DNA of 64,000 bases from Octopus vulgaris (GCA_951406725.2 OX597838.1:10416001-10480000); one strand, 5' to 3'. Positions 38,941-52,199 are shown, counted from the stretch's first letter. The notes: generated by a model from the letters alone, not told the origin. Numbers and translations are program-made.

Positions 38941-39042
38941 GTTTCTCTTGATATTCAGTGTAAGGGATGGAAATATTTATGTTGCCAACGATGAGAATCT
39001 AAGAAAATATTAAGATGCATTCCAGAAAATTTGTTTCATCAG
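38941..39042 (+). CDS. eIF4G: Candidate start-codon exon of the eIF4G gene (5'UTR with uORF, then ATG at 39015: MHSRKFVSS + G of Asp)
   Basis: Pyrimidine-rich tract and AG at 38939-38940; donor CAG|gtaaaa at 39043. The phase-1 end joins the phase-1 start of exon 49860 to give ...FVSS-D-QW, comparable to YKSDQW in vertebrate eIF4G1. In-frame TAA at 39000-39002 lies upstream of the ATG. No transcript evidence. Confidence 0.5.
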
Positions 39043-40387
39043 GTAAAATTTTAATTCATATATAAATAGTTTGGATATAAATAACTTGTCCACCTCTCCC
39101 ATTTACAACGGAGATGGCCATCAAGATAGAAATAGAAGAAACAATCAATTTCTTGATTATTGTAACTTTTTTTTTTTTTTTTTTTACTGTAATATTTATG
39201 TTAATGTTGGTAGAATGGATTCTGACTTGGTTATATGACGTGTTAAACTTAAGAACTCTGGGACTGTTTTATTTAGCTTTGCATGAACTGCTATGGAGGT
39301 ATTCAGTTGGATGTTTAGGAACAATATGTGTAATCTGTATTCTAGATATACCATTACTTTAAGCTGATCTAAGAACACATTGCATACCAAATTCATTCAC
39401 AAGGCATTGGATGGCCTTGAAGCTACAATAGACGCTTGCCTAAGATGCCACATGCTGAGATTAAGCCTGAAGCCACATGGTGGCAGAATGAGCTTCTTAA
39501 CTGTACAGCTGTGCCTGTGTGGATTGCAGTGAGATAGTCACAAACTCCAGCAATAAGTATATTAGCAAGTGCTTTAACAGCAGGACCCAATTCAGCTGGT
39601 GTTTGGATTGTTTTGACAGGGACTGGGTGATAACACAGGAACTGGGCCCTGTATGAAAATGATCTAGATGATATTTTGATAAGCATCAGGTTTTGTTTTG
39701 TCAGGCAAATGAAGCAAGTTCTCCGTGTTGGAACACCACCTTGAAGGGTTTTTGTCAAACAGACCACCCTAATACTTATTTTTAAGTCAGGTGCTTGTTT
39801 CATTGGTCCCTTTTGTCAAATCAACACTGGCTGTAAATCAATGGTAATGGACACGCACACTGGGATTCTGCACAGTTTCCATCTACGAAATTCACTCACA
39901 AGGTATTGGTCTGCCTGATGCTGTAATGGACACTTGTGCCTAAGATGCCATGTACCGAGATTGAAACAAAAACCACATGGTTGCAAAGAGAGCTTCTTAA
40001 CTGCACAGCCCATGCCTGTACCTCTCTTTTGTTGGTAAAGATGTTGGTAAATTTGGTATGCAATGTGATCTAAGATCACAGATGAAAACAAAGTAATGAC
40101 TGGAACTGGTACATTAGCAGTTTTGATTTGAACTCTCTCATTCTATGATACCAGTTTGATTGCTAAGTGAAAGTGTGCTGTTGAATGAAGGTCAGCCAGT
40201 AATATTGGAAGCATAAATGAAGTTGGGGGGGAGGTTGTCAATTAGAAATAACCAGAAGTGTTGCATCATGGTGGAGCTAGTTCATTAAAGAAAAGTCTGC
40301 GAACATATTAATGTGTAATAATGTATTTAATAAGATATTAATGACAAGCTTTTTCTTGGAATAGAGGAATTTTATTAGCTGTGTGTG

Positions 40388-40434
<47 letters not shown>

Positions 40435-40912
40435 GGTGAGAGCTTTTTTTTTTTTTTTTGCTTTGTTTTTGTGTGCTTTTTGCCTCTAAATATTTGATAA
40501 ATTGGCATATCTGATGTCTCTGAAGTAACTTGATCTTTTATAGATGTAGCTTATAAGTTGTAAAGAAAATAGATTCCAAGCAATATTTTTTTTTGTTTTT
40601 ACAATAGAATATATTATATATTGTTTTTCTTATTTAATTTTGCCTCTGGTATACTTTTACATTTTATATCACAGCAATAGAATGCAACACCAGCCACATA
40701 CTTTATAAACATTTTCATTGCCTCGACATTAATTAAAGAATTAAAGTTTAATCTTTACATGAATCACTAAAATCCTTAGAGCTGCCTCTTGATTTCACTT
40801 TTTATAGAGTTTATTTAATATGAGAAACTAACTTCTGGATGGGATTGTAAGTTTATCGCATCTAACTTTCCCAGCTTAGTCTTCGTAGTTGTCTAATTTT
40901 GGTTAGATGAAT

Positions 40913-41139
40913 TAACCCTTTAGTGTTCAGATTACTCTGTTAAATGTAATACTTTTCCACTCAAATTGTTTTGAATTAATCATGCATTATCTTATAGCTT
41001 TGCGGTTTCAATGATGTGATTGTTTATATTTAGAATGACATTGTCGGGTAGGTGTGAGAGGCTAGATATTGCTAGTTTGAATATAAAACATGTAGAATAT
41101 CTGGGCCAGATATGGCCGGTTTAAACACTAAAGGGTTAA
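40913..41139. mobile_element. piggyBac-like MITE, family A
   Basis: ttaaCCCTTTAGTGTT...AACACTAAAGGGttaa. Other copies at ~12049-12636, 13023-13230, 13228-13455, 16480-16640, 41165-41360, 44227-44790, 49258-49483 and 58520-58710. Confidence 0.85.
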
Positions 41140-43422
41140 GGCAATGTAGAATTATCTCAGTCATATCCAGCCTGAATATTCTACCTGTTTTATGCTCAAA
41201 CTGGCCAGATCTGGCCTTTCACACCGAACCTAGACACTGTCATTTCTAAAAATTATCAAAGTATCAAAATCGTGAAGCTATGGAATAATGTATGATTAAT
41301 TCAAAACAATATGAATAAATGAGCATTACAATTGAGTGTAATTTGAATGCCAGAGTTAAATGTCTTGTCTTGAAGTATAAATAATAGCAGATTTGAACTC
41401 TCAGTGCAAATTGCCACTGAAAATATTTAGATTGACTGGTTGGTTTCTTGCAAGTTCCATCTGATAAGCTCTTTATTTGTTTTTTTATTATTTCACAACT
41501 CTCCAATCAGTTATAGTAATTATGCAGGTGGCACGTAAAAAGCACCCACTACACTCACGGACGGAGTGGTTGGCGTTAGGAAGGGCATCCAGCTGTAGAA
41601 ACACTGCCAGATCAGACTGGAGCCTGGTGCAGCCTTCTGGCTTCCCAGATCCCCGGTCGAACCGTCCAACCCATGCTAGCATGGAGAACGGACGTTAAAC
41701 GATGATGATGATGATGATGCTCTAGAATTAATTGGCTAGAATTAAGCTGCTTAGAAGTTGGGTGGGAGATTGTTTTCTTCAATTTCAAACTTGTGAGTTT
41801 TGTGGAGGATTTACTCAGTATCTCCATATTTTGACATAAAAGAAGCAAAATATTTATGGATGTTGCATAAATGAATATACAAAGCATTGGTAATTCAACA
41901 GGACCAAAGCTGAGTAAATTTTTGGCAAAAAAATTTTCCGATGCCACGAGCAGGAAATCCTCTTCACGAATTATTGTCGTTTGTAGCACAAAAGTTTTGA
42001 TTGATTGTTGAATTAACTCCCACTACACTTTCCAGGAAAGAATCACTCTGCTTGTTTCTGCCACTCCGAGGAAAGTATTATTGATCTCAGAACAGTATTG
42101 GAAGTGATTACTGCTTTAAACGCCTCTCTTTACAAGACACATAGGTTGCAGGTTTCCATGTTATTGGGTCGGTCTCTTAAGAGGAAGGCAAGGTTGGATT
42201 AATTGAAATCAGAAGCAGTAGCAGTATTTGCTGTTTGTTTCCATTGTTGAAATGTCTTCACTCAAAACTTCCACCAAACAGCATATTCTCAATGATTCTG
42301 TCTCAGCATTGAAGCTGTTAAGCATGAACCATTGTTGTCAGCTGTAAAGGGTGTGGTGGAGAAATCTGTAACATTTCTGGAGGTAAAGCCAATGCTTTTA
42401 GTCTCCCTCTACTCTTCTTAGGTTTCATTCACAATGAATGGTAGCAGAAAAAAAAAAAAAAAAAAAAAAAAAGGGGGAAAAAATAAAAGAAATTGATAAT
42501 TGGATAAAATCTGTCAGTGGTGTTAGTTTTCCTTTTGGCAATTGAGAACACAGTGCCAGAGCTAAATACATTTAAATTTACTCCTTGGTTCTGACCTCAA
42601 ATCTTGCATCACATGCTTCACGGTTCAAGAAAATAAAAAAAGGATAATATATTGAGTTAATTCAAATAACTGTTTTCTCTTCTGTATCATTTCTATTTTT
42701 TAATGGTATTTGCTGCCTTGATATGCTGTCTGTGTAAAAGTTGGTGCATTCTCAATGCAATGTTTCCAGACTTATTTCTCTGGGACATATTTCATCATCC
42801 TTTCTTAGACCCCTTGTCATATGTAATAATTGATAATGTACTAACTTAATCAACATGGAGAAGGCAGATACAATGCTCTTCATTAAGACATGAAGGGTTT
42901 TTTTTTTTTTTTAAAACCTTCCTATTATCTCAGTATTGATTATTTGAAAATTTTATTTTAAAATACTTTGGACTAAGTGCCTGCAAAAGTTTGAACTGTA
43001 TATTAAATAATCATTAATCCTCTTCTTAACCATATCTGAATGGATTTAATTTAGAAAAGAAAAAAGCCTGTTTTCTTGGTAAAGTTTCTGTTTGTATATA
43101 CAAAGATAGGGTATGGGTAAAGACCCCCTTCAGTCATGAATGACCATGGGATTGCACCTAAAAACTTCCCCTCTGAGGCACAGGTCTTTGGCAAGGTTGT
43201 TTATGGAAGTCTAGCGATTGCCCATGCATACCAGTCTCCAAGGGAAAGGCAAAAGGCCAATCCAACTTGGCACCAGTTGCAACTCATTTCTTCAGTTGAG
43301 TAAACTGGAGCAATGTGAAAGAAAGTGTCTTACTCAAGAACATAATACACAACCCAATCTGGGAATCAAACTCTCTACCTCGTGATTGCGAGCCCAACGC
43401 TCTAACCACTGGGCCATGTGCC

Positions 43423-43459
<37 letters not shown>

Positions 43460-43609
43460 TCATCATCATCATCATCATCATTTAGCATCCGTTTTCCATG
43501 CTAGCATGGGTTGGACGGTTTAACTGGGGTCTGTGAAGCCTGGAAGGCTTCATCAGGCCCAGTCAGATTTGGCAGTGTTTCTATGGCTGGATGCCCTTCC
43601 TAACGCCAA

Positions 43610-43646
<37 letters not shown>

Positions 43647-44288
43647 TAAGATATTCGTGTACAAACTATCATAAGCTAGGTTGTAGCAGTTATTTGTTGT
43701 TTTGTTTGCCGAATGCAAGCAAGAGAAAGTGCTCACCACAGGCTACATACATGCTTTACAATCTGGTCATAATAAAGAAGCAGTCAGGCACAATGCAACC
43801 ACATGCTGCCGAAAGATGGGTAATTGAGAAAATAGCAGCCCTAACTGCAGCACAAGTTATTTCAGGTTGTATAATATTTGGATAACACATAGAACAAGTA
43901 CACTCAGGATAACATTCTGAGTAGTATATTTGAGATGATACAGAAAGGAGTTAATGAAAGGCTGTCATGTGAAAATGAAAATACATAGTGGCTTCATATC
44001 AGAGAACTTTCAAGAGCCAACTGTTGAAATAAGATAGTTCCTCTTCTTTGTTTGACTATTTTGTTGGTTTTTTTTTGCATACATCCTCGTACTTTGTCAG
44101 TATGTGTGTATTCTTTAGGTATAGTTTTTTCTTGGAAGTTGGTTTGACCATAGACTTTGTAGTAATAGGAACAAATGAAGAATTTGATTCTGCTCTCTAG
44201 TTTCTATTTATTTATTTATCCATTTTCTAACCCTTTCGCATTTAAACTGACCCTATCCGGCCCAAATATTCTTACTTGTTTTGTGTTC

Positions 44289-44654
44289 ATAGGCGCAGGA
44301 GCGGCTGTGTGGTGAGTAGCTTGCTTACCAACCACACAGTTCCGGGTTCAGTGCCACGTAGGTGTCTTCTACTATAGCCTCGGGCCGACCAAAGCCTTGT
44401 GAGTGGATTTGGTAGACGGAAACTGAAAGAAGCTCGTCGTATATATATGTGTGTGTGTTTGTGTCCCCCCCCCCCAGCATTGCTTGACAACTGATGCTGG
44501 TGTGTTTATGTCCCCCGTTAGTTAGCGGTTCGGCAAAAGAGACCGATAGAATAAGTACTGGGCTTACAAAGAATAAGTCTTGGAGTCAAGTTGCTCGATT
44601 AAAGGTGGTGCTCCAGCATGGCCGCAGTCAAATGACTGAAACAAGTAAAAGAGT
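44289..44654 (+). mobile_element. CORE-like SINE nested in a family A MITE
   Basis: Same family as 31986; MITE sequence resumes on both sides. Confidence 0.85.
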
Positions 44655-44825
44655 AAACCAGCCAGATCTGGCCTCTCCCATCTACCCTACAATATCATTC
44701 TAAAAACAAACCTATTGAAATTCTGAAGCTATGAGATAATGCAGGATTAATTCAAAACAATGTGAATAAATAAGCATTACATTTGCTGGAGTAATTTGGG
44801 TACTGGGGGTGGATGGATGGAGGGT

Positions 44826-45053
44826 TAACCCTTTAGTGTTTAAACTGGCCAAATCCGGCCCAATATATTCTACATGTTTTATATTCAAACTGGTGATATC
44901 TGGCCTCTCACTCCTAACCTACAATGCCATTCTGAAAATAAACAATCACATCATTGAAACCTCAAAGCAATAAGATAATGCATGATTAATTCAAAACAAT
45001 TTGAGTGAAAAAGTATTACATTTAACAGAGTATTCTGAACACTAAAGGGTTAA
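44826..45053. mobile_element. piggyBac-like MITE, family A
   Basis: TTAA-flanked CCCTTTAG/CTAAAGGG TIRs. Confidence 0.85.
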
Positions 45054-46638
45054 GGTACTTTTACTCTCAGTTACTGATAATTTCCGTGACTAATTCGTGT
45101 ATTTTATTCATAATCATTGTAAATGAAATATTCAGGAAAGCATTCGTTCCTACATAATGTAAATACATATAACTCCTCATAACTTTTTGGAATTTTCAGA
45201 AAATATATATTTGTATTTTATTCATTGGAACTGACACAACTTCGAAAAAAGTTTTTAAAATTTTTTAATTTTTCAAAATTTTTTAAATCAGTTTAATATA
45301 TGGACGGTCTGAATTTTCAGCTTAAATCCCAGCAATAGACCACTAAATCTGTTTATGGGGAGAAAGATATTGACAAACATTTATACAGCAGACTGACAAA
45401 CGATTGAGTAGGGTATGAGGTGGTCATGTGATGTGCTAAAAATAGCTAAATAGCCTTTAAATCAAACCACCAAAAAATTCTTTTTGCTTTTCGTTTTTGC
45501 ATAATCATAGGAATTCCTATGTATAGAATACAAATTCATGAAAATTTTTTGAAAATTGGAAAAAAAAAAAAAAAAAAAAAAAAAGTTTTTGAGGGGTTAT
45601 ATGGTGTGCTTAAAGCAAAATTTCACCAGTATAATCTTTATCAACAAAGCTATGTAAAAGTACTTTGAACTCAATTGCTTTGTCTGTATGACAGCCATAT
45701 TATAACCAGTTTGGATGCTAAGCTTTAATTAACTTGGATTTAACAGAAGTTCAAAATGTTGTTTTTTTTTTATTCATGTTCAACTTTACGATTTGTAAAT
45801 ATGCAATAGAAGACTTTCTATCTGAGCTCGGTTAAATTAGGACTGAAAAAGAACTATCTAATTGTCAGTGTGTACTCTTTATAATTTTTCTCACTCTTTT
45901 TTCTTCTTTCATGTGCATTGTCATTGGCTTACATATCTCCATACATTTCTCTTCTTACATACCAATATTTTACATTTTACATTTCCTGAGCGGCAATGAA
46001 ATATGGTGTTAATGTTCTTCAGCTAGATCGTAACAGCTGCCTGACAATTTGTAAACCACTTGTTGGCAAACTTCCACTCCACTGCTTTGTTAGAGAATTG
46101 CTGCTAAACAGCTTAACTGTGCTCCAAATAATAATAATAATAATAATAATAATTTTTGTCAGCTTCTCCTAAGTCAAGGCTGCTTAGATGTTTGTGACTA
46201 CTCTGCTCCGTGGCTCTACAAATTCTTTTGAGGATAGAATGCTGCATATCTCTTGTCTATAGTTTTAGGCAAACTTACTTGGCAGTTATTTTTACCTGTG
46301 CTTACTAGTGATGTTATTCAGTAATTTGTTGTTTTATCTTTTGCCGTTCCTTTTGTTAGTAATATCGTGTTATTCATTGAAAGGTTTCATTAATTAGTTT
46401 ATTAGAAATCGATGTTTTGATAGACTTTTTAAAAAAAAAAAATCTTTTATCTTTTACTTGTTTCAATCATTTGACTGCAGTCATGCTGGGGCATTCCCTT
46501 GAAGGGTTTTAGTCGAACAAATCTACCACAGGACTTGTGTTTTCAAGCTTAGTACTTATTCTGTCTCGTTTGCTGAACCACTAAGCTATGGGGATATAAA
46601 CACACCAACACCAACATGTCAAATGATGGTGGGGGACA

Positions 46639-46682
<44 letters not shown>

Positions 46683-47137
46683 GTATGACAAGGCTCATTT
46701 CAGTTTCTATCTACCAAATGCACCCTCAAGGCTTTGGTTGACCTGAGGCTTATAGTAGAAGTCACTTGCCCAAGGTGCCATCTAGTGGGACTGAACCAGG
46801 AACCATGTGGTAGGGAAGTAAGCTTCTTACCACACAGATATGCTGTGTGATAAGAAGACTAAAAGTTATTTCAAAATCGAGTTTTACTCTTGACGAATTT
46901 AAATAAAATTATTTTAATATTCTTCAACATTATTTTTCTTCCTTCATTAAGTCATTGCATAATTGTTTCCAATTTAACCAAATCCAGAAATTTAGGGGTG
47001 GGGATTAGTCAACTAAATCAATTCCAGTGCCTCACTGGTACTTTGTTTATTGACTGTCGAAGGATCAGAGTCAACCATGAACTCAGACCATAGGCATTTT
47101 GTTTGGTCCTCTAATGCTTCTGACAATTTTTCTTCCT

Positions 47138-47364
47138 TAACCCTTTAGTGTTTAAACCGGCCATATCCGGCCAAAATATTCCACCTGTTTTATGTTCAAA
47201 CTAGTCAGATATGGTCATTCATAGCTACCTTATTGTGTCATTTTCAAAATAAACAATCACATCATTGAAATCTCAAAGCCATGAAATGATGCAAGATTAA
47301 TTTTACATGGTGTGAATACATAAGCTTTACATTTGACAGAATAATCTGAATGCTAAAGGGTTAA
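47138..47364. mobile_element. piggyBac-like MITE, family A
   Basis: TTAA-flanked CCCTTTAG/CTAAAGGG TIRs. Confidence 0.85.
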
Positions 47365-49859
47365 ACTTATTTTTATAAATAATCTTTTCTAATTTTGACA
47401 CAAGGCCAGCAATTTTAAGGGATAAGGAAGTCAATTACACTTCATCTGATATTTTATCAACCCCAAAAGAATGAGAAGCAAAGTTGACTGTGGCAGCGTT
47501 TGAACCCAGAACATAACGAGCCGGAAGAAATGCTGCCAAGCATTTCATCTGGTGTAGTAATGGTTTTGCTAGCTTACTGTCTAAACTTATTAAATATTGG
47601 TTTTAAATTTTGACACAAGGCCAGCAATTCTGTGGTAGAGTATCAGTCGATTACATTAACCTCAGTGTGCAACTGCTACTTATTTTATTGACCCCGAAGG
47701 GATGAAGGGCAAAGTCAACCTCAACAGAATTTGAACTCAGAACCTGAAGACAGACAAACCGTTGCTAAGTATTTTGTCCTGTATGCTAATGGTTCTGCCA
47801 GTTCACCTTAAATAATAATAATAATAATAATAATAAGTTTCAAATTTTGGCACAAGGCTAGCAAGTTCAGTGGAGGGGGGTAAGTTGATCACATTGACCT
47901 CAGTGCATAACTGGTACTTGTCTTATTGACCTTGAAAGGATGAAAGGCAAAGTCGACCATGGTGGAATTTGATCTCAGATTGTAAAGACAGACAAAATGC
48001 TGCTAAGCATTTTGCCCAGTGTGCTATCAATTCTGCCTGCTCATAATAACAAGACATTGTTATTGACCATTCTTATCAACCGTAAATCTTTTAAGACTAA
48101 CACTAAGGTTTTGAAATTTTCTTATCTTTATTTATCAAAAAGGTGACCGACACTACATTTTAAGCTGATTGCTTCTAATTACTTTTTTCTTCAACTTCTC
48201 AGCAACCGCAAAACTTAATTGCTGTGACATTTCATACATGGAGGTGCTAGTTATAGAGTAGGACCTTTTCTTTTATTCATGTAATAATTATGTTTGTCTA
48301 TATAATAACTGTCTATTACATTGAACCACCTGGTTTATAGTTATTTTACCTGTATAATTGACTTTCATTTTGCTATTTTGTGAACAGCTGTACATTTTAA
48401 AATTGGTTTTCAATGCAAAAATATTCTAAGGATTTGTTCATAGAACTTAATTTTCAAATCTAATCAAGCTAAGCTTATCTACAACACAAATAAGAATCAA
48501 AACTAGTTATTAAGAATAAGAACAAGCAGCATATTTCCCCCTGGAATCAAGAATAGTTCATTGAGTCTTGTTTTGTTGTTTTGAACTTGTACCAGGTAGA
48601 AATAGGTGTTGTGAAGACAGACAAGCACTAATAAAATAGGTTAATCTAAACCGGCTTTTAGATTAACCCAATTTATAGGTGCTGTTAGAATGGCATACAT
48701 TTTAGCTGTTTCTAGTTTGTTTTTTTTTTGTTTTTTTTTCCATGATTGGCCTACATATTTTCCTTTTGTTCCAGTTTTGAATATTAGTTTTATAAAAAGG
48801 CTTTGTTCGTAAATTACATTCGTCAGTCATGCTTGAAAATTAAAAGTGGTGATGTTAGACTCTTTTTTTTCTTTTTCCCTTTTCTGTTTTGACACATGTT
48901 AATCTGCTGTCGATGCTTTTCGTTCACTTATTTCCATTTTATAATTTCTTCTTCGGTAAAGGCTCAGAGATTTAAAATCAGCTGCAATTTTTTCTTCCTC
49001 AGACATGAGTTGTGCATGTTATTTATACACTCTGAATTGTATTAGAAGCATTGATATTTAGGAAGTATTTGTTCTTAAGAATCTGTATTTAGCAAGTTAG
49101 TTTGCTCTACAAATGATAAATGCACTGTGTAATGTCCCCAGCAAAAACAGTCAACATCCAAAACGCAGTCTACCTAGCTGTTATCAGTGACACTTTCATT
49201 TGCTTTTTGGGCCTGAAATCCCTCTCATTTGAGAAAATGGTTTCTCTTAAATGTTGAATCCTTTAGCATTTAAACCAGCCATTTCCAGCAAAAAATATTT
49301 GACGTGTTTTATGCTCTAACTGGCCTGATCCAGCCTCTTACACCTACTCTGCAGTGTCATTCTAAAGATAAGCAATCATTTGGTTGAAAGCTCAAGGCTG
49401 TGAGATGATGCATGATTAATTCAAAACAATGTGAATAAATAAGCATTACATTTGACAGAGTAACCTGAACGTTGAAGGGTTTAAATCATGAAAATTAAGA
49501 TATTCTTTGGCATATCTCTTCCTTTATTATTTATTTTTTGTGGCAGTGGAAGTAAAGAAAACTAAAAAAAATAATTTGTTCTCAATCTATTTACCATAAT
49601 ATATACATAATTAAGCTACTTCTATTCTTTTACCTCTATAATGGGCTAATTTATTTTATATATTGCATTGAATTTTTTAAAATTGTCTATTAGTGAATTG
49701 AGCGGAATTTTTTCTACCTTGAAACTGAATTGTATCAGAAAACCAGTTATTTTAACATCTTATCTTAAACTTTTAGGACCACCATTATATATCTGTACCT
49801 AATGTTTAATACACTTTCTTTTATTGAGATACTAAAATGGAGTTTTGTATATTCAACAG

Positions 49860-49993
49860 ATCAATGGAACGACACAAACCCTACAGACTTAAAGCAATAT
49901 GACAGAGATACGCTCTTGGGTTTGCAGAATGCTTCTGCCTCCTTGAGCAGGCCTGAAAATCTTCCAGATCTACCTGATGTTATTTTGTCTGCA
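49860..49993 (+). CDS. eIF4G: eIF4G exon with eIF4E-binding motif (DQWNDTNPTDLKQYDRDTLLGLQNASASLSRPENLPDLPDVILSA)
   Basis: YxxxxL-phi motif YDRDTLL in the DQW...YDR..LL..Q...S..P..LP...DV context typical of metazoan eIF4G; cag acceptor, gtaagt donor. Confidence 0.93.
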
Positions 49994-51026
49994 GTAAGTA
50001 ATTACTCTTTTCTTTCGAACGTTGCTTTTATCCCAATGTTGCTGGTATGATAACCGTGAGTTGCTTAAGTTTGGAGCCGACAACTTCATTTTAATTTCTA
50101 ATTGCATCCTTTTCCACTCATGGGTTGCTGAAGGTAAGGAGAAACCACCTGTGTGTAACCTTGCTTCATACACATCGTGATAACACAGAAATGAATGTAA
50201 AAGGGTGAGGGGAAATGTTTGAAATAAAGGTAATAGTGGCTGTGAATATTAGAGACTTCAGTGATTTAGAGGAGTTGAAAGCGATGGGAAAGCAACGTGC
50301 TTAAGGCTATAAAGAGCACTTGTTTTCATCCAGATCTTTCTCCATGTGCATCAACAATTCTTAGATATTTGTTGAAAATGTTTGTTTTATTTTCAAATCT
50401 CCTTCATTTTTGCTGTTTGTATTCAGTCTCTTTACCAACAACTATTTGCAGCCCCCCCTCTCTCTCTTTCTCTCTCCCCACCCCACCCCATCACTTTATT
50501 GTTCCAACTCTCTACTCACTCAGCCGAGGTCGACTTTGCCTTTCATCCTTTCGGGGTCGATTAAATAAGTACCAGTTACGCACTGGGGTCGATATAATCG
50601 ACTTAATCCGTTTGTCTGTCCTTGTTTGTCCTCTCTGTGTTTAGCCCCTTGTGGGTAGTAAAGAAATAGGTACTATCATCGGCCTCGACAACAACTTTAC
50701 TTGCCTCAACAAATCTTCGCAAGCGCAGTTTATTGCCCAATGATTAAAGAGTACTCTTAAATGGGCTGATTATGCTGCACTGGCATAGGCCACAGTTAAG
50801 GTCTCACTTGGCTTGCCCGGTTTCCTCAAGCGTAGCATATCTCCAAAAGGCATTGGTTGGGCCAGGGCTGCTGCACAGTGAGACTGAAACCAAAACATGT
50901 GGTTGCAAAGCAAGCTCCTTAATCACACAGCTGTGCTGTTTTTTGTTTTTTGTATTTAATGATAGTTAATGATATACTCATGTTTAGAATATCGGGTGAT
51001 GTTTCAAGTAATGTTGCCATGATACC

Positions 51027-51251
51027 TATTTCTTTATTACCCCCAAGGGGCTAAACACAGAGGGGACAAACAAGGACAGACATAGGTATTAAGTCGATTA
51101 CATCGACCCCAGTGCGTAACTGCTACTTAATTTATCGATCCCGAAAGGATGAAAGGCAAAGTCGATCTCGGCGGAATTCGAACTCACAACGTAACGCAGA
51201 CGAAATACCGCTAAGCATTTCGTCCGGTGTGCTAACGTGTGCCAGCTCGCC
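51027..51251 (-). mobile_element. Meta-like SINE
   Basis: Reverse-complement copy. Others on - at ~3464-3700, 47390-48045 (three decayed), 61584-61816 and 62970-63128. Confidence 0.85.
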
Positions 51252-51643
51252 ATGATAGCATTGTAACCAAGAATCTTGCAGTACAAAATGAAATACAGTA
51301 ATACATTCAGTGAAGTTTACTGTTTCAGCTACCTTCATTGCCTGAGTTATGATTTTTGTTTCTTGTTTCATATTTATCTATCTGATTTGGCATGGTTTCT
51401 ATGGCTGGATGCCCAACCACTCCAAGAGTACATACAGTGGGTGCTTTTCGTGTGCCAGACAGGTAACTCTGGCATCAGCCATGACTACGATCTCACTTGG
51501 TTCAACAGGTCTTCTGAAAGCACAGTATATTGCCATAGGTCTTGGTTATTTGTCATTGTCTCCATGAGGCCCAATATTCGTAGGGTTCTATTTACATGCC
51601 ACTAGCGCAGGTGCCAGTTAGGCGACACTGGTATCAGCCACAA

Positions 51644-51875
51644 AGGCGGCGAGCTGGCAGAAACGTTAGCAAGCTGGGCAAAATACTTAGCGGTATTTCG
51701 TCTGCCGCTACGTTCTGAGTTCAAATTCCGCCGAGGTCGACTTTGGCTTTCATCCTTTCGGGGTCGATTAAATAAGTACCAGTTACGCACTGGGGTCGGT
51801 GTAATCGACTTAATCCGTCTGTCTGTCCTTGTTTGTCCTCTCTGTGTTTAGCCCCTTGTGGGTAGTAAAGAAATA
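51644..51875 (+). mobile_element. Meta-like SINE, full length
   Basis: Same family; 14-bp TSD ggtatcagccacaa. Other + copies at ~15819-15990 and 50522-50672. Confidence 0.85.
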
Positions 51876-52058
51876 GGTATCAGCCACAACTGGAACCTGG
51901 TGCAGCTTACCAGTTTTCACTTAAACTGGCCAACCCATGCCAACATGAAAAACAGCCGTTAAATGATGATTTAATGAAGTTTGGATTTACTTTAAAAAAA
52001 ATGTTGTTTTATTATTCCCCCCACCACTTTTTTTCATGGACTTCTTTTTCTTTTATAG

Positions 52059-52199
52059 CCTTTAACTACTGTTGCTCCTGGAGTAGGAATACAAAGCAGT
52101 GGTATGACGATTGGTTTGGGAGGAGACAAAGGCATAAATACAGACTGGAGGAATGGCAATGACCCGTTTATTCCATTCTATGTCAAGTCTGCACGATCG
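52059..52199 (+). CDS. eIF4G: eIF4G exon (PLTTVAPG...NDPFIPFYVKSARS)
   Basis: tag acceptor after a polypyrimidine tract, gtatgt donor; 141 nt open, phase 0/0. DPFIPFY resembles the DFTPSF motif of eIF4G. Confidence 0.85.

Noticed and set aside
50046-50131. SECIS element or C/D snoRNA
   Set aside because: Intronic position, imperfect box C (ATGATAA) and no external terminal stem; kept only as a structural note.
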